39,860 bases of DNA, from UHGV virus genome UHGV-0224961, one strand, 5' to 3'. Shown here one piece after another: positions 1 through 8,724 of this stretch. The translations under genes were made by a program, and so were the position numbers. Numbering within the stretch: the stretch's first letter is position 1; each line of letters begins with the position of its first letter. Origin of the DNA: a virus. The notes beneath the pieces were generated by a model. The model saw only the letters and a list, made by a program, of their open reading frames with translations, was not told the origin of the DNA and did no database searches.

Positions 1-48
1 TTAACAGCTAACTCATAGCAAATCATTCCTATTCAGATGCCAACTCAA

Positions 49-79
49 CCCTCTGTTTTTGCAGAGGGTTTTTGTTTTT
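49..79 (+). terminator. Terminator-like hairpin upstream of int (ccctctg-N6-cagaggg followed by a T-run)
   Basis: 7-bp GC-rich stem at 49-55/62-68 followed by tttttgttttt; closely resembles the hairpin at 38472-38497. Confidence 0.5.
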
Positions 80-192
80 ACGTATTCATTTCTATTCACT
101 CTACACCATATTTTTCGGCGGTACAGGTGACGGTATTACCTTAAAGGTATACTCTCATACCGTCATGAAAATGGTTTCTATACGGGTGAATT

Positions 193-1443
193 GTGCTTAC
201 CGATACAAAATTAAAAAACCTCAAGCCACAGGACAAACTGTACAAAGTTTCCGATCGTGACGGGCTGTATGTAGCTGTGCTTACGTCAGGTACGGTCTCG
301 TTTCGCTATGACTACCGTATCAACGGTCGCCGCGAAACACTGGTAATCGGGCAGTATGGGCGTGACGGTATCAGCCTGGCAGAAGCGCGAGAAGAACTGA
401 TTGCTGCAAAGAAGCTGCTTAAAGCAGGCCAGTCGCCGGCTGCGGCTAAACGTGACGGTATCAAAAAGATTCGTGGTGCCGAGACGTTTGCGGTACATAC
501 CGACAGTTATATGAAACACGTCATCCTGGCTGAAAGTACCCGCGCAATGAAGCAGGCGGTGATCGACCGTGACATACTTCCGGTTCTTGGCAACAAAATG
601 ATGGCTGAAATTACCACATCGATGGTTCGTGATTTGTGTGACCGGATTGTCGAACGCGGTGGTCGGGCAACAGCAGTACAGGCCAGGGAGATCATCAGCA
701 GCGTATACCGTCACGCCAATGACCGTGGTCATGGTTTGTTTAATCCTGCTGCTGACATTAAACCTTCGTCTATCGCCATATTTAAACCACGAGAGCGAAC
801 ACTGACACCAGAAGAAATTGGTCTGTTCTTCCGCACGCTGGATGCCATTGGTGCTATGGGCACTATGAAAATGGCTTTAAAGCTGGTGCTTATCACTATG
901 GTTCGTAAAGGCGAATTCACCAATGCAACGTGGGATGAAATAGATTTTAAAAAATGGACATGGACAATTCCTTCAGACCGCATGAAGGGAAGCCGGGCGC
1001 ATGTTATTTACCTGCCTAAACAGGCTCAGGATATATTGGTCGGGTTGCAGATGTGCGCTGGTGGAAGTGAATATCTGGTTCCTGGTCGTTACAATTTCAG
1101 GAAGCCATTATCTAATGCCGCGCTGAACTCTCTGATCGACAGAACGGTGAAAATAATAAATGAAGATGGTGAGCATATTCAGGACTTCACCGTACACGAT
1201 ATGCGCCGTACAGCCAGTACGTTGTTGCATGAGGCTGGTTATCCTTCAGACTGGATTGAAAAGGCTCTGGCACATGAGCAGAAAGGTGTGCGCGCCGTAT
1301 ATAACAAAGCGGAATACGCCAGACAGCGCGCCTACATGTTGCAGCAGTGGTCCGATATGATTGATTCCTGGATTAACGGGGAGCATACGGATCTGATTCC
1401 GTTCTCCCCGTCGAAGTTTGAGAAGTGGATGGCGGGGGAATAA
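193..1443 (+). CDS. int: Tyrosine integrase, P4-type
   Basis: 416 aa; GTG start; N-terminus LTDTKLKNLKP..KLYKVSDRDGLY matches the conserved P4-like integrase arm-binding N-terminal domain; C-terminal catalytic region with HDMRRT and Y. Confidence 0.9.
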   Translation: MLTDTKLKNLKPQDKLYKVSDRDGLYVAVLTSGTVSFRYDYRINGRRETLVIGQYGRDGISLAEAREELIAAKKLLKAGQSPAAAKRDGIKKIRGAETFAVHTDSYMKHVILAESTRAMKQAVIDRDILPVLGNKMMAEITTSMVRDLCDRIVERGGRATAVQAREIISSVYRHANDRGHGLFNPAADIKPSSIAIFKPRERTLTPEEIGLFFRTLDAIGAMGTMKMALKLVLITMVRKGEFTNATWDEIDFKKWTWTIPSDRMKGSRAHVIYLPKQAQDILVGLQMCAGGSEYLVPGRYNFRKPLSNAALNSLIDRTVKIINEDGEHIQDFTVHDMRRTASTLLHEAGYPSDWIEKALAHEQKGVRAVYNKAEYARQRAYMLQQWSDMIDSWINGEHTDLIPFSPSKFEKWMAGE

Positions 1444-1446
1444 CGT

Positions 1447-1641
1447 TTAATAGTTCTGCTGATTTTCTTCCATCTCTGCTTCTGCTGCCAGTGATTCAAT
1501 TTTGTTTTCGAATATTGCTGACAGTGTTGCAAATTCAGCATCAGTGACAGCGGGAATTGGAACAAACCTGATCCCGCTGTGTGCAAGCATGTTTGCAGTT
1601 TCAAGGCATTTCCTTAAATCTGCTGGTGATGCCCTGTTCAT
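1447..1641 (-). CDS. Hypothetical small protein (64 aa), translationally coupled to the upstream methyltransferase
   Basis: In-frame ATG at 1641 forms an ATGA overlap with the methyltransferase stop; last gene of the leftward operon. Confidence 0.4.
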   Translation of the reverse strand: MNRASPADLRKCLETANMLAHSGIRFVPIPAVTDAEFATLSAIFENKIESLAAEAEMEENQQNY

Positions 1642-2288
1642 GCTGCACGCTCCCGCCCCTGGTTGTCTGTTGGTGACAGCGGAGCATTGCTGAATGCATT
1701 TGTTAATCTGGCAATATCCAACGCGTATCCAGGGTGTAGTTGCACTGCCGGGTCTTCGCACTGATTACCCCAAACATCGAAGCCATGAGACGACTGGCGG
1801 GCGAACAGTTCAATGCGAGAAACATCGCCTAACAATTGCACAAGTTTTTCACGAACGACATCTGGTTTTCTTGAATGCTCAAGCCGCGGTGCGGTAAATG
1901 ACTGAACGATCCCTGCATTAATGCGCGTAGGTAGTTTTCCCTTTACCGCAAACAGGCAATCTTCACTATTGGCGCGAGTCATGTGTCCCATACCCATAAC
2001 CAGTTTATCTGGTTGTCGACTACCACATTTTATCCACGTGAAGCCCTTCATGGTCATCAGACGGAATCCCCAGGCTTCAACAACTTTTAGTGCTTCGAGT
2101 GGTTGTGTTGGCACCCACCACATGGCCAACAGACAGTTTTCAGCGGTCAAATCCCACACAGGAAGGCGGCAGATATCCAGCACACTCATAACTGGATATT
2201 TAAAACCGGCACCGCGATTACCATCTGCGGCTTTGTCCCGGTATACCCATGGTGGATCTGCATAGATTAGCGTGTATTTCTTAGTCAT
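1638..2288 (-). CDS. MT-A70-family DNA N6-adenine methyltransferase
   Basis: 216 aa; N-terminal YADPPWVY (DPPW catalytic motif typical of the MT-A70 family). Confidence 0.8.
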   Translation of the reverse strand: MTKKYTLIYADPPWVYRDKAADGNRGAGFKYPVMSVLDICRLPVWDLTAENCLLAMWWVPTQPLEALKVVEAWGFRLMTMKGFTWIKCGSRQPDKLVMGMGHMTRANSEDCLFAVKGKLPTRINAGIVQSFTAPRLEHSRKPDVVREKLVQLLGDVSRIELFARQSSHGFDVWGNQCEDPAVQLHPGYALDIARLTNAFSNAPLSPTDNQGRERAA

Positions 2289-2580
2289 AAACCACCCCGC
2301 AACATCCTATGCCGCTATAGTCGCCACGGCGAAGGCCGTTACCTTTTGTGATACATTGGTCCCTGCGAACCGCGATCCTTGCACGCTCAACATCACCAGA
2401 AGCAACATCCATACACTGAAGCCAAAGGTGGGCGGCAATGCGGAACTGCCCTTTTTTCTCTCTTTCAATCGCGCGTTTTTCGAACTCTATCGCCGCAGGA
2501 GTAACGGCGATAACCTTTGAAGGACGGCGCATTGAAACCTTGTTCATGTGATATTTTTCAAGTCGGCTTAACTTTCTCAC
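2281..2580 (-). CDS. Hypothetical protein (start may be the internal Met near 2547)
   Basis: ORF on the operon strand, ending 2 nt before the methyltransferase start; no recognisable motif. Confidence 0.4.
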   Translation of the reverse strand: MRKLSRLEKYHMNKVSMRRPSKVIAVTPAAIEFEKRAIEREKKGQFRIAAHLWLQCMDVASGDVERARIAVRRDQCITKGNGLRRGDYSGIGCCGVVYD

Positions 2581-2689
2581 TTAATCCAACCCTCTCTGAA
2601 AATTAATGCCAGCAGATAAAGCCATGCTGAAACAGAGGCCAGGAATAAGTACCATCCTGACCATTTGCTCCAGTGCCTTAGCAGCGCAC

Positions 2690-2938
2690 TCATGCAGCGT
2701 TGCTCACAGGACGATATACACGTTGCTGAACAGGAGGCTTTTTACCCTGGAACTCTGCCGGGCTTGCTGCCTGACGTTCATCAAGCCAACGCTCAACTTC
2801 GTCACGGTTCCATGCGCAGCGTTTGTCAGTGATATACCAGCGTTTAGGAAATTCCCCTGCGCGCTCCATACGGTCGATAGTGCTCCATGACAGTGGCACC
2901 ACCGCCAGGAGTTCCTTCTTACCTAATGCACCTTTCAT
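2690..2938 (-). CDS. AlpA-family HTH regulator / excisionase candidate
   Basis: 82 aa; LLAVVPLSWSTIDRMERAGEFPKRWYITDKRCAWNRDEVERWL is the typical AlpA/Xis-like MerR-type HTH signature. Confidence 0.75.
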   Translation of the reverse strand: MKGALGKKELLAVVPLSWSTIDRMERAGEFPKRWYITDKRCAWNRDEVERWLDERQAASPAEFQGKKPPVQQRVYRPVSNAA

Positions 2939-2987
2939 AAATACCTCTCTTGGTTGCAGTGCGGCGCGCGTGGCGCCGCGGTGGTGG

Positions 2988-3869
2988 TTACATAGATGTT
3001 TCGTTTAATTCTTCCCGACGAACGCTGTAAACGTCGGTGGCTTTTGCCAGCAGTTCGTCATCATCTGAAAGTTTTTGTGCAATGTATTTGTAAGCCTTAT
3101 CCAGTTCGGAGACAGTGCTGTAATTCATCGCTGCGCTGGTAAAGGCCATCAGCATTTCTTCTGGATCACGGCTATCCGCTTTACGCGTTTGCTCATCAGG
3201 CTTTTTCACTGGTTTAGCGTTGATCAGACTGTTCATTCCCGCAGCAGTAGTCGTTTGCGGAGTAATGTCTCGCTCAACGCGCGGTGCCGTTTCCTGTAAT
3301 TCGTCAGGGGTGTAAACACCGAGAAGTACATCAGGAGCGTGCAGGCGAGCCCATCGTTTCGTGCAAAGATAGGCAAGCTGCTGGCGCGGATCCTGTTCCC
3401 ACAATGGAGAGTTACGCACTCCGGCTTGCGCCATACTGATGGTAAGCTCACGGGGTTCTGCTTCTCCTTTAAGAACTGCTGACACAGTTACCGTCAGATT
3501 CGGTGATTTATCTGTTTTGCCGTTAACATTCGACCAGTCACCGCTCCAGCGATAATTCAGGCGTGTCGCTAGCAGGCTGGAAGAGGATACGACCGCATTT
3601 ACCAACTGTGCTTCGTAGCCTAACGTTCCGTTTACCACATGCGTTTTCTGCGCCACGGCGAAAGGGTTCATTCCCCACTGTGCCGCCTGCATGGTCACCG
3701 CCAGACAATCGGCAGGTTTGCCTTCAAGATGTTTCGGTACAGTCGCTTTGCTTTGTGACATCAACTCCGCGAAACGCACCAGTTGATTCATGCCCTCCGG
3801 GCTGAAGATTGCCGCAGCAGTACCTACAGTTGCGCCTGGTTGTGATGTGATTGCGATATCATTGCTCAT
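2988..3869 (-). CDS. Single-strand annealing protein (Bet/Redbeta/RecT superfamily)
   Basis: 293 aa; WGMNPF and ERDITP segments resemble lambda Bet as recalled; directly downstream of and overlapping the Exo-like gene. Confidence 0.65.
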   Translation of the reverse strand: MSNDIAITSQPGATVGTAAAIFSPEGMNQLVRFAELMSQSKATVPKHLEGKPADCLAVTMQAAQWGMNPFAVAQKTHVVNGTLGYEAQLVNAVVSSSSLLATRLNYRWSGDWSNVNGKTDKSPNLTVTVSAVLKGEAEPRELTISMAQAGVRNSPLWEQDPRQQLAYLCTKRWARLHAPDVLLGVYTPDELQETAPRVERDITPQTTTAAGMNSLINAKPVKKPDEQTRKADSRDPEEMLMAFTSAAMNYSTVSELDKAYKYIAQKLSDDDELLAKATDVYSVRREELNETSM

Positions 3870-4687
3870 ACGTACATATCCTGTTTACGTGCCCAGTCAG
3901 GGCGTTTAATAATTTCCACTCCGCCCCACTCATCGTTGATGCGGCATTCGTGATAGGTATTCAGATCCCGGCGGAACAGAGCGTGCCCGGCATCGACATC
4001 CGGCGCATCCAGCTCGAACACGCGTACCGGATACCGACCACAATCAATGCTTTCGCTCACGGCAAGAAAGAAAAAACCATGCGGCTGACCAGTAACCCTC
4101 ATTGCGCCTTCGCGGTACATTGCGTCCTGCACGTGGTAGCGGAATTCCTCGATGTGGCGTGCAAAACGGTCCATATCTGCAACCTTTTTCACGTCGACGA
4201 TCACGTTGTGCTCGTTCAGCCATTTGTCTGGACGAATGCGGCACAACTCACCAGTCTCTTCATCATTCCAGTACATTGATGCTTCGCAGTAACCAGGTGC
4301 TTCCAGCATCCAGCGTGCCGCCGGGTGAGCCATTGCGCTATCACGCATAAGCTCCAGTTTCCGCCACTGCTCGGCATCAAGTACCGTAATCCCCATATCC
4401 GCTACATCACGAAGAAATGCTTCTTCGTCAGCTTTACCTTGTTTCGTCCGACGATCGAATTTCGGTGAAACAATGAAGCGTTTGTTGAATTCTCCAGGCT
4501 CCAGAAGCAGACAGTGCAATGCGGTTCCCATATCCAGTGCAGACTTTTTCTCTTCGTCTTCTGGTGCTGCCTGAACCCATTTAAGAAGCGCCGGATTCTT
4601 GGCAACCATGTCCAGTTGCGACTTACTCACGCCGTCACCGGCGTGGTAGTCTTCGTTGCTGATGTCGAAATAAATTCCCGGTTTCAT
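3866..4687 (-). CDS. YqaJ/lambda-Exo-like PD-(D/E)xK exonuclease
   Basis: 273 aa; IRPDKW...DVKK motif; paired with the annealing protein as a Red-like recombination module. Confidence 0.7.
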   Translation of the reverse strand: MKPGIYFDISNEDYHAGDGVSKSQLDMVAKNPALLKWVQAAPEDEEKKSALDMGTALHCLLLEPGEFNKRFIVSPKFDRRTKQGKADEEAFLRDVADMGITVLDAEQWRKLELMRDSAMAHPAARWMLEAPGYCEASMYWNDEETGELCRIRPDKWLNEHNVIVDVKKVADMDRFARHIEEFRYHVQDAMYREGAMRVTGQPHGFFFLAVSESIDCGRYPVRVFELDAPDVDAGHALFRRDLNTYHECRINDEWGGVEIIKRPDWARKQDMYV

Positions 4688-4983
4688 GCCGCGTCCCTCT
4701 GTCCATCAAGCTGATCCGCCAGATCCCAGCGGGCGATAATTGCCATTGCCTCTCGCCGATAGGCATCCATCAGTTCTTCGAACTCAGGGCTGTCTTTAGC
4801 AGCCTCCAGTACTTCCTGACGAACGCCTTTACCTGTTACAACGTCGAAAGTTGAGGACAGTTGATGAAGTCGGATGCTCTCAATCAGTTCAACTTGTCGG
4901 TCATATAGCTGTTCTGACAGGCGGTAGTCCTTGTCGAATGCCAGCATGATTTTTTGAAGATTTTTCTGCTGATTAACGTTCAT
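4684..4983 (-). CDS. Hypothetical early protein
   Basis: Start at ATG 4983 with GGGAGGG RBS 7 nt upstream; ATGA overlap with the exonuclease gene. Confidence 0.55.
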   Translation of the reverse strand: MNVNQQKNLQKIMLAFDKDYRLSEQLYDRQVELIESIRLHQLSSTFDVVTGKGVRQEVLEAAKDSPEFEELMDAYRREAMAIIARWDLADQLDGQRDAA

Positions 4984-4985
4984 TA

Positions 4986-5138
4986 TCAGCCCTCCCATAT
5001 CTCGTTATCGTTGGCCACATCGCGAGCTTCTTTGCTGACGAAAGCCCACTTGATGCCTTCCTGTAAGGTGCGGAACTTCCAGCTCATGAATCCGCATGCA
5101 GTAACGCAGTACCAACCGTTGATGATTTTCCACTGCAT
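4986..5138 (-). CDS. Small hypothetical protein (50 aa), first gene of the leftward early operon
   Basis: Hand-translated MQWKIINGWYCVTACGFMSWKFRTLQEGIKWAFVSKEARDVANDNEIWEG; GAGG RBS; stop overlaps the next start (TGATAATG); below the ORF-track size cutoff. Confidence 0.35.
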   Translation of the reverse strand: MQWKIINGWYCVTACGFMSWKFRTLQEGIKWAFVSKEARDVANDNEIWEG

Positions 5139-5144
5139 AACTTG

Positions 5145-5234
5145 TTACCTCGGTCTGTTACCGTTGAGGTAATGATTATGCGTATTTGGTTTGGTGTCAA
5201 TAGATATGAGTTAAAAAAATTACCCGTTAGGTAA
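5145..5234. promoter_or_regulatory. OL-like operator cluster: two perfect TTACC-N5-GGTAA palindromes (5158-5172, 5220-5234) plus a TTACC half-site
   Basis: Palindromes lie between the repressor terminator and the first leftward early gene. Confidence 0.6.
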
Positions 5235-5245
5235 TCAAATAAGCA

Positions 5246-5269
5246 ATAAAAAAGCCGCCAGAAGGCGGC
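5246..5269 (-). terminator. Rho-independent terminator of the repressor transcript
   Basis: gccgcc-agaa-ggcggc stem-loop with an A-run on the plus strand (U-run on minus) immediately 3' of the repressor stop. Confidence 0.65.
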
Positions 5270-5291
5270 TTACTTACTGAAAAATATGTTT

Positions 5292-5876
5292 TTATTGTTT
5301 GTTTTTTTCGTTCTGGTTGATGACAAATTCAATGTAACTTTCGATCTTTGCCTTCTCTGTTTCAGGTAACAATGCGTAGCGCGAGCGGTCATAGTTGATA
5401 GTCGCGGGGTCGTGCGGGTGAATCAGTAATTCATATCCGTGACGCCCAAATGCGGATGCAACATTCTCCAGGGTGGAAATGGAAACGCTGACCTCATTGT
5501 TTAACAGGCGGCTGATTGTTACCTGGGCGACGCCGGATGCGCGGTGAAGTTTTCCCTGCGTTGAAAGGTCGCGGCTTTCGCTCATCCAGCGTTCCAGGTT
5601 GTGAGCCGCCAGTTGACCAATGTCGCTTGGTCCGACAGGCTGAAAACCTTCCTGAGAAAGCGAGCGATCGATATCAAGCCAGTTACGGGGTTTATTGGCG
5701 GCAGCTTCAATTTTTCGCGCAACCTGGTCGCCGATAACCTTCTTGCCAAGAGCCCAGCGGTTTACCAGATTTGCCTGAGTTCCAAGTTTTTCAGCCATCC
5801 GCGTCTGAACACCATTGAATTCACGGTCGATCAAGTCGTTGAGATTTTGCCTGCGGACGTCCTGGATACTTTTCAT
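5292..5876 (-). CDS. CI-like repressor with two HTH-like regions and no S24 peptidase domain
   Basis: 194 aa; N-terminal XRE-type HTH (TRMAEKLGTQANLVNRWALGKK); second HTH-like segment (ASGVAQVTISRLLNNE); no G-S-M / Lys autocleavage motifs seen; flanked by operator clusters. Confidence 0.75.
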   Translation of the reverse strand: MKSIQDVRRQNLNDLIDREFNGVQTRMAEKLGTQANLVNRWALGKKVIGDQVARKIEAAANKPRNWLDIDRSLSQEGFQPVGPSDIGQLAAHNLERWMSESRDLSTQGKLHRASGVAQVTISRLLNNEVSVSISTLENVASAFGRHGYELLIHPHDPATINYDRSRYALLPETEKAKIESYIEFVINQNEKNKQ

Positions 5877-5931
5877 TTTCTGGAAAATCGCCTCATATCT
5901 GAATCAGAAGATGATTCAATTTAAAGCAATA

Positions 5932-5994
5932 TTACCCAACAGGTAAATGCACCTCATGGGTAACTATCCTTGATTTTTGTTACCTTATAGGTGA
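5932..5994. promoter_or_regulatory. OR-like operator cluster: TTACC-CAACA-GGTAA (5932-5946), GCACC-TCATG-GGTAA (5949-5963), TTACC-TTATA-GGTGA (5980-5994)
   Basis: One perfect and two imperfect palindromes in the 154-bp divergent region between the repressor and the cro-like gene. Confidence 0.65.
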
Positions 5995-6030
5995 ATATTT
6001 ATTATCTGAAATAAATATCAGGCAATAGCT

Positions 6031-6261
6031 ATGAGCGATAACGGACATTTCGATTTCAAAAAGCACTGGCTTGCACTTACTCCGGATGAGCGTGAAGCCT
6101 TCGCACAGGAAGCCGGAACGACGAGTCACTATATCCAGACTCACTTAACAGGTAAGCGCAAAATGCCAGGTAAGGTATTGATGAATGGGCTTTTTAAAGC
6201 CTGTAAATCAAGACAATGGCTGCGCTCAAAAGCAGAACTGGCATACTTCTTCTACTCATGA
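6031..6261 (+). CDS. Cro-like HTH protein
   Basis: 76 aa; divergent from the repressor; HTH-like segment LTPDEREAFAQEAGTTSHYIQTHLTGKRK. Confidence 0.65.
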   Translation: MSDNGHFDFKKHWLALTPDEREAFAQEAGTTSHYIQTHLTGKRKMPGKVLMNGLFKACKSRQWLRSKAELAYFFYS

Positions 6262-6411
6262 TATCCAGCCACAACCCTCTGTAGACCGCCATCCGGCGGT
6301 CTTTTCATATCTATTCGCACCTTGAGGGTAATAAAAAACCAAATGTGGTTGATCTTTTTTTTGTGTCAGCACAAAATGACCGTAATCCCAATACAAATAA
6401 CAGGGCTTACC

Positions 6412-6612
6412 ATGGAAATCATTACACGTATTGATGCCGCAAAGCGCGGACTTAAACGCTACTACACCGGAAAACCATGTAAGCACGGACATGACAGTGA
6501 ACGCTGGGTTTACAACGGACACTGTGTTGAGTGCACCATGGAATCAAACCGTCGTATCAGGGCAGAGATTAAGCAGATCATGATTAATTCCTCCCCACAA
6601 CATTCAAGCTGA
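6412..6612 (+). CDS. Small Cys/His-rich putative zinc-binding protein
   Basis: 66 aa from ATG 6412 (the track ORF extends to 6322); CKHGH...HCVEC cluster. Confidence 0.45.
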   Translation: MEIITRIDAAKRGLKRYYTGKPCKHGHDSERWVYNGHCVECTMESNRRIRAEIKQIMINSSPQHSS

Positions 6613-6627
6613 TAGCGGAGATTAATC

Positions 6628-7419
6628 ATGAGCAGACATGCAACAGATTGGGCCTGGGAGACAGATCCAGGTAGCTCGTCATTAAAGCTCATACTGCTCT
6701 CGATGGCTGACAGAGCAGATGAATATAACCTCTGCTACCCCAGCATAGAACGCCTCGTTAAAGACACTTGCCTGAATAAAAAAACCGTGCAGGCCGGGCT
6801 TATATCGCTCATGAAAATGGGGCTTATTTCAGATACCGGAGAGAGAAAGGGAGCGACAAAAAGAGTGCGGGTTTTCTCTCTTAATATAACCAAAAACGGG
6901 AACATTAAAGGCAACCGGGAGGGGGGCAATGAACCCGAAAACGGTAATGTTACCGAAAACGGGAATATACCCAAAAACGGGATGTTGAATGATCCCAAAA
7001 ACGGGATCCAGAACCAGTCATATAACCAGTCATTTAACCAAGAGAGGGAGAGCAGGACAAAAAACGGGGATTCTGTGCATCATGACCCCAACGCAAACAA
7101 CGCCGTGATGAATAACTTTGTTCCTCCTGGTGGGCCAGGGCAATTAGGCAAATTTGTCATGCATGAACAATGGCAGCCATCAGATGACTTTCTTCGGAAA
7201 AGCTCATTGCAGGGGATCTACCTGGACAGTCTGCCAACGGCACAGGAACTTGCAGAGTTCAGAATTTACTGGATGGCTGAGGGTAAGGCATACCATCAGG
7301 CACAGTGGGAGCAGAAGCTGGCAAGGCGGCTGCAGATTAGCAGACAGAAGCAATCAACATTACCTGATAACAACGTTCCGCACTGGAACAGCCCTGAAGC
7401 ATGGGAGGATTTCTTGTGA
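6628..7419 (+). CDS. Replication initiator (lambda O-like role; N-terminal winged-HTH-like domain)
   Basis: 263 aa; iterons embedded in the central coding region; immediately upstream of the P-like gene. Confidence 0.7.
   Translation: MSRHATDWAWETDPGSSSLKLILLSMADRADEYNLCYPSIERLVKDTCLNKKTVQAGLISLMKMGLISDTGERKGATKRVRVFSLNITKNGNIKGNREGGNEPENGNVTENGNIPKNGMLNDPKNGIQNQSYNQSFNQERESRTKNGDSVHHDPNANNAVMNNFVPPGGPGQLGKFVMHEQWQPSDDFLRKSSLQGIYLDSLPTAQELAEFRIYWMAEGKAYHQAQWEQKLARRLQISRQKQSTLPDNNVPHWNSPEAWEDFL
6889..7070. repeat. Origin-like iteron array inside the initiator gene
   Basis: Six or more copies of CC(C/G)AAAACGG(G/T)A at 6890, 6934, 6953, 6970, 6994 and 7057, followed by a direct repeat aaccagtcat x2 (7012-7033). 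Confidence 0.6.
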
Positions 7420-8201
7420 ACAACGTTTTTACCGCGATACAAAACCGTGACGGAGAAGCCCTTTCTCGCATGTCAGGTTATGAGCATCAGTACGTCAACA
7501 ATGACAATGTGGTGAACATGTCAGCAGAGAGGCTTGTTGATGCTCTTTTCAAACAGCTGAAACAGCTGTTTCCGGCGGCAGTGGTAACCAACCTGAAGAC
7601 GCCAGAGCAGGAAGTTGCTGCAAAACAGCAGTGGATTGCTGCGTTTGCCGAAGGTGGGATCCGAACCCGTGAACAGGTTTCTGCTGGTATGCGCCACGCC
7701 CGCGCCAGTGAATCTCCGTTCTGGCCGTCGCCAGGGCAATTTATCAAGTGGTGCAAAGACAGCAAGATGGTTCTTGGCGTCACCATTGACGATGTGATGG
7801 CGGAGTTTCACCGGTACAGCAAGGAAAAAAGTTTATATCCTGGTGGTCCCGAAAGATTCCCGTGGCGACATCCGGTTATGTACTGGGTCGTATGTGATAC
7901 CCGCCGTGCAATGTATCAGCGCCAGCTTAGCGAGATTGAGGTTGAGAAACACGCGCGCAGGCTGCTCGATGATTGGGCGAAAAAGGTGGCTTCCGGACAG
8001 CAGATACCCGATCCGGTGATCAGCATACAGGCAAAGCCAGAACCCATGAGTACGCCTCCGGACACAGGGAGAGACGTTTACCATCCACCAGGGCGAAGTT
8101 TCGGGTGTATGCCTAACGCCGCCACCCTGGGGGGAATAACACCGGCGCAGTGGCTGATGGAGGAATACAGGCGGGGAAAGGCGGCAGGATTTATCAAGTA
8201 A
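7416..8201 (+). CDS. Replication protein P-like (DnaB helicase loader)
   Basis: SPGQFIKWCKD and FPWRHPVMYWVV match lambda P segments as recalled; GTG 7416 with GGAGGA RBS, overlapping the initiator stop. Confidence 0.8.
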   Translation: MNNVFTAIQNRDGEALSRMSGYEHQYVNNDNVVNMSAERLVDALFKQLKQLFPAAVVTNLKTPEQEVAAKQQWIAAFAEGGIRTREQVSAGMRHARASESPFWPSPGQFIKWCKDSKMVLGVTIDDVMAEFHRYSKEKSLYPGGPERFPWRHPVMYWVVCDTRRAMYQRQLSEIEVEKHARRLLDDWAKKVASGQQIPDPVISIQAKPEPMSTPPDTGRDVYHPPGRSFGCMPNAATLGGITPAQWLMEEYRRGKAAGFIK

Positions 8202-8206
8202 TACCA

Positions 8207-8226
8207 GCGCGATAGCGCATTTTTTT
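8207..8226 (+). terminator. Weak terminator-like hairpin with T-run after the P-like gene
   Basis: gcgc-gata-gcgc followed by tttttt; stem only 4 bp. Confidence 0.3.
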
Positions 8227-8238
8227 ACGCCCACATGA

Positions 8239-8315
8239 TTACCTGATGGGTAATAAAATATTCTAGTATCTATTGATTTCATGTCTTATGTGGTTTTTAA
8301 TTACCTAAGGGGTAA
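8239..8315. promoter_or_regulatory. Two perfect TTACC-N5-GGTAA palindromes (8239-8253, 8301-8315) bracketing a TATCTA-N14-TATGTGGTT promoter-like motif
   Basis: Second palindrome ends 3 nt before the ATG at 8319. Confidence 0.55.
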
Positions 8316-8318
8316 ATC

Positions 8319-8663
8319 ATGAGAAAACAGATACAGGCTCTTGGTCGGCTCAAAACAGGCCAGATGAACAAAACAGAATCTGCGTATTGCCAGCACCTTG
8401 AGCTGCGTAAACGTGCAGGGGAAATCGCATGGTATCGATTCGAGGGTATCAAGCTGCGGTTAGCTGACAACACGTTCTATACGCCAGATTTCGCTGTGAT
8501 GCTCGCCACCGGAGAGATGGAACTGCACGAAGTGAAAGGTTTCTGGACCGACGACGCCAGGGTGAAAACCAAAGTCGCCGCAGATCAGTATCCGTTCCGA
8601 ATCATCGGGGTAACGGTTAAACCAAAGAAAGCAGGTGGTGGCTGGAACATCGAAGAGTTCTGA
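8319..8663 (+). CDS. Small PD-(D/E)xK-like nuclease (VRR-NUC/DUF1064-like)
   Basis: 114 aa; PDF...ELHEVKG arrangement consistent with a D-E-K nuclease core. Confidence 0.5.
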   Translation: MRKQIQALGRLKTGQMNKTESAYCQHLELRKRAGEIAWYRFEGIKLRLADNTFYTPDFAVMLATGEMELHEVKGFWTDDARVKTKVAADQYPFRIIGVTVKPKKAGGGWNIEEF

Positions 8664-8724
8664 ATCGACGATCTTTTTAGTTATCAATGTAATCAATAAG
8701 TTATGTGGATAAGCGAGGGTAAAG

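Noticed and set aside
72-260. 62-aa plus-strand ORF overlapping the integrase start
   Set aside because: Overlaps the conserved integrase N-terminus in another frame and spans the upstream terminator-like hairpin.
286-983. Minus-strand ORFs (286-732, 507-695, 729-983) inside the integrase gene
   Set aside because: Shadow ORFs antisense to a well-supported integrase; no ribosome-binding sites or motifs.
6889-7070. Possibility that the direct repeats are a CRISPR array
   Set aside because: Repeats are about 12 bp, imperfect, irregularly spaced and inside a coding gene; no cas genes. Iterons explain them better.
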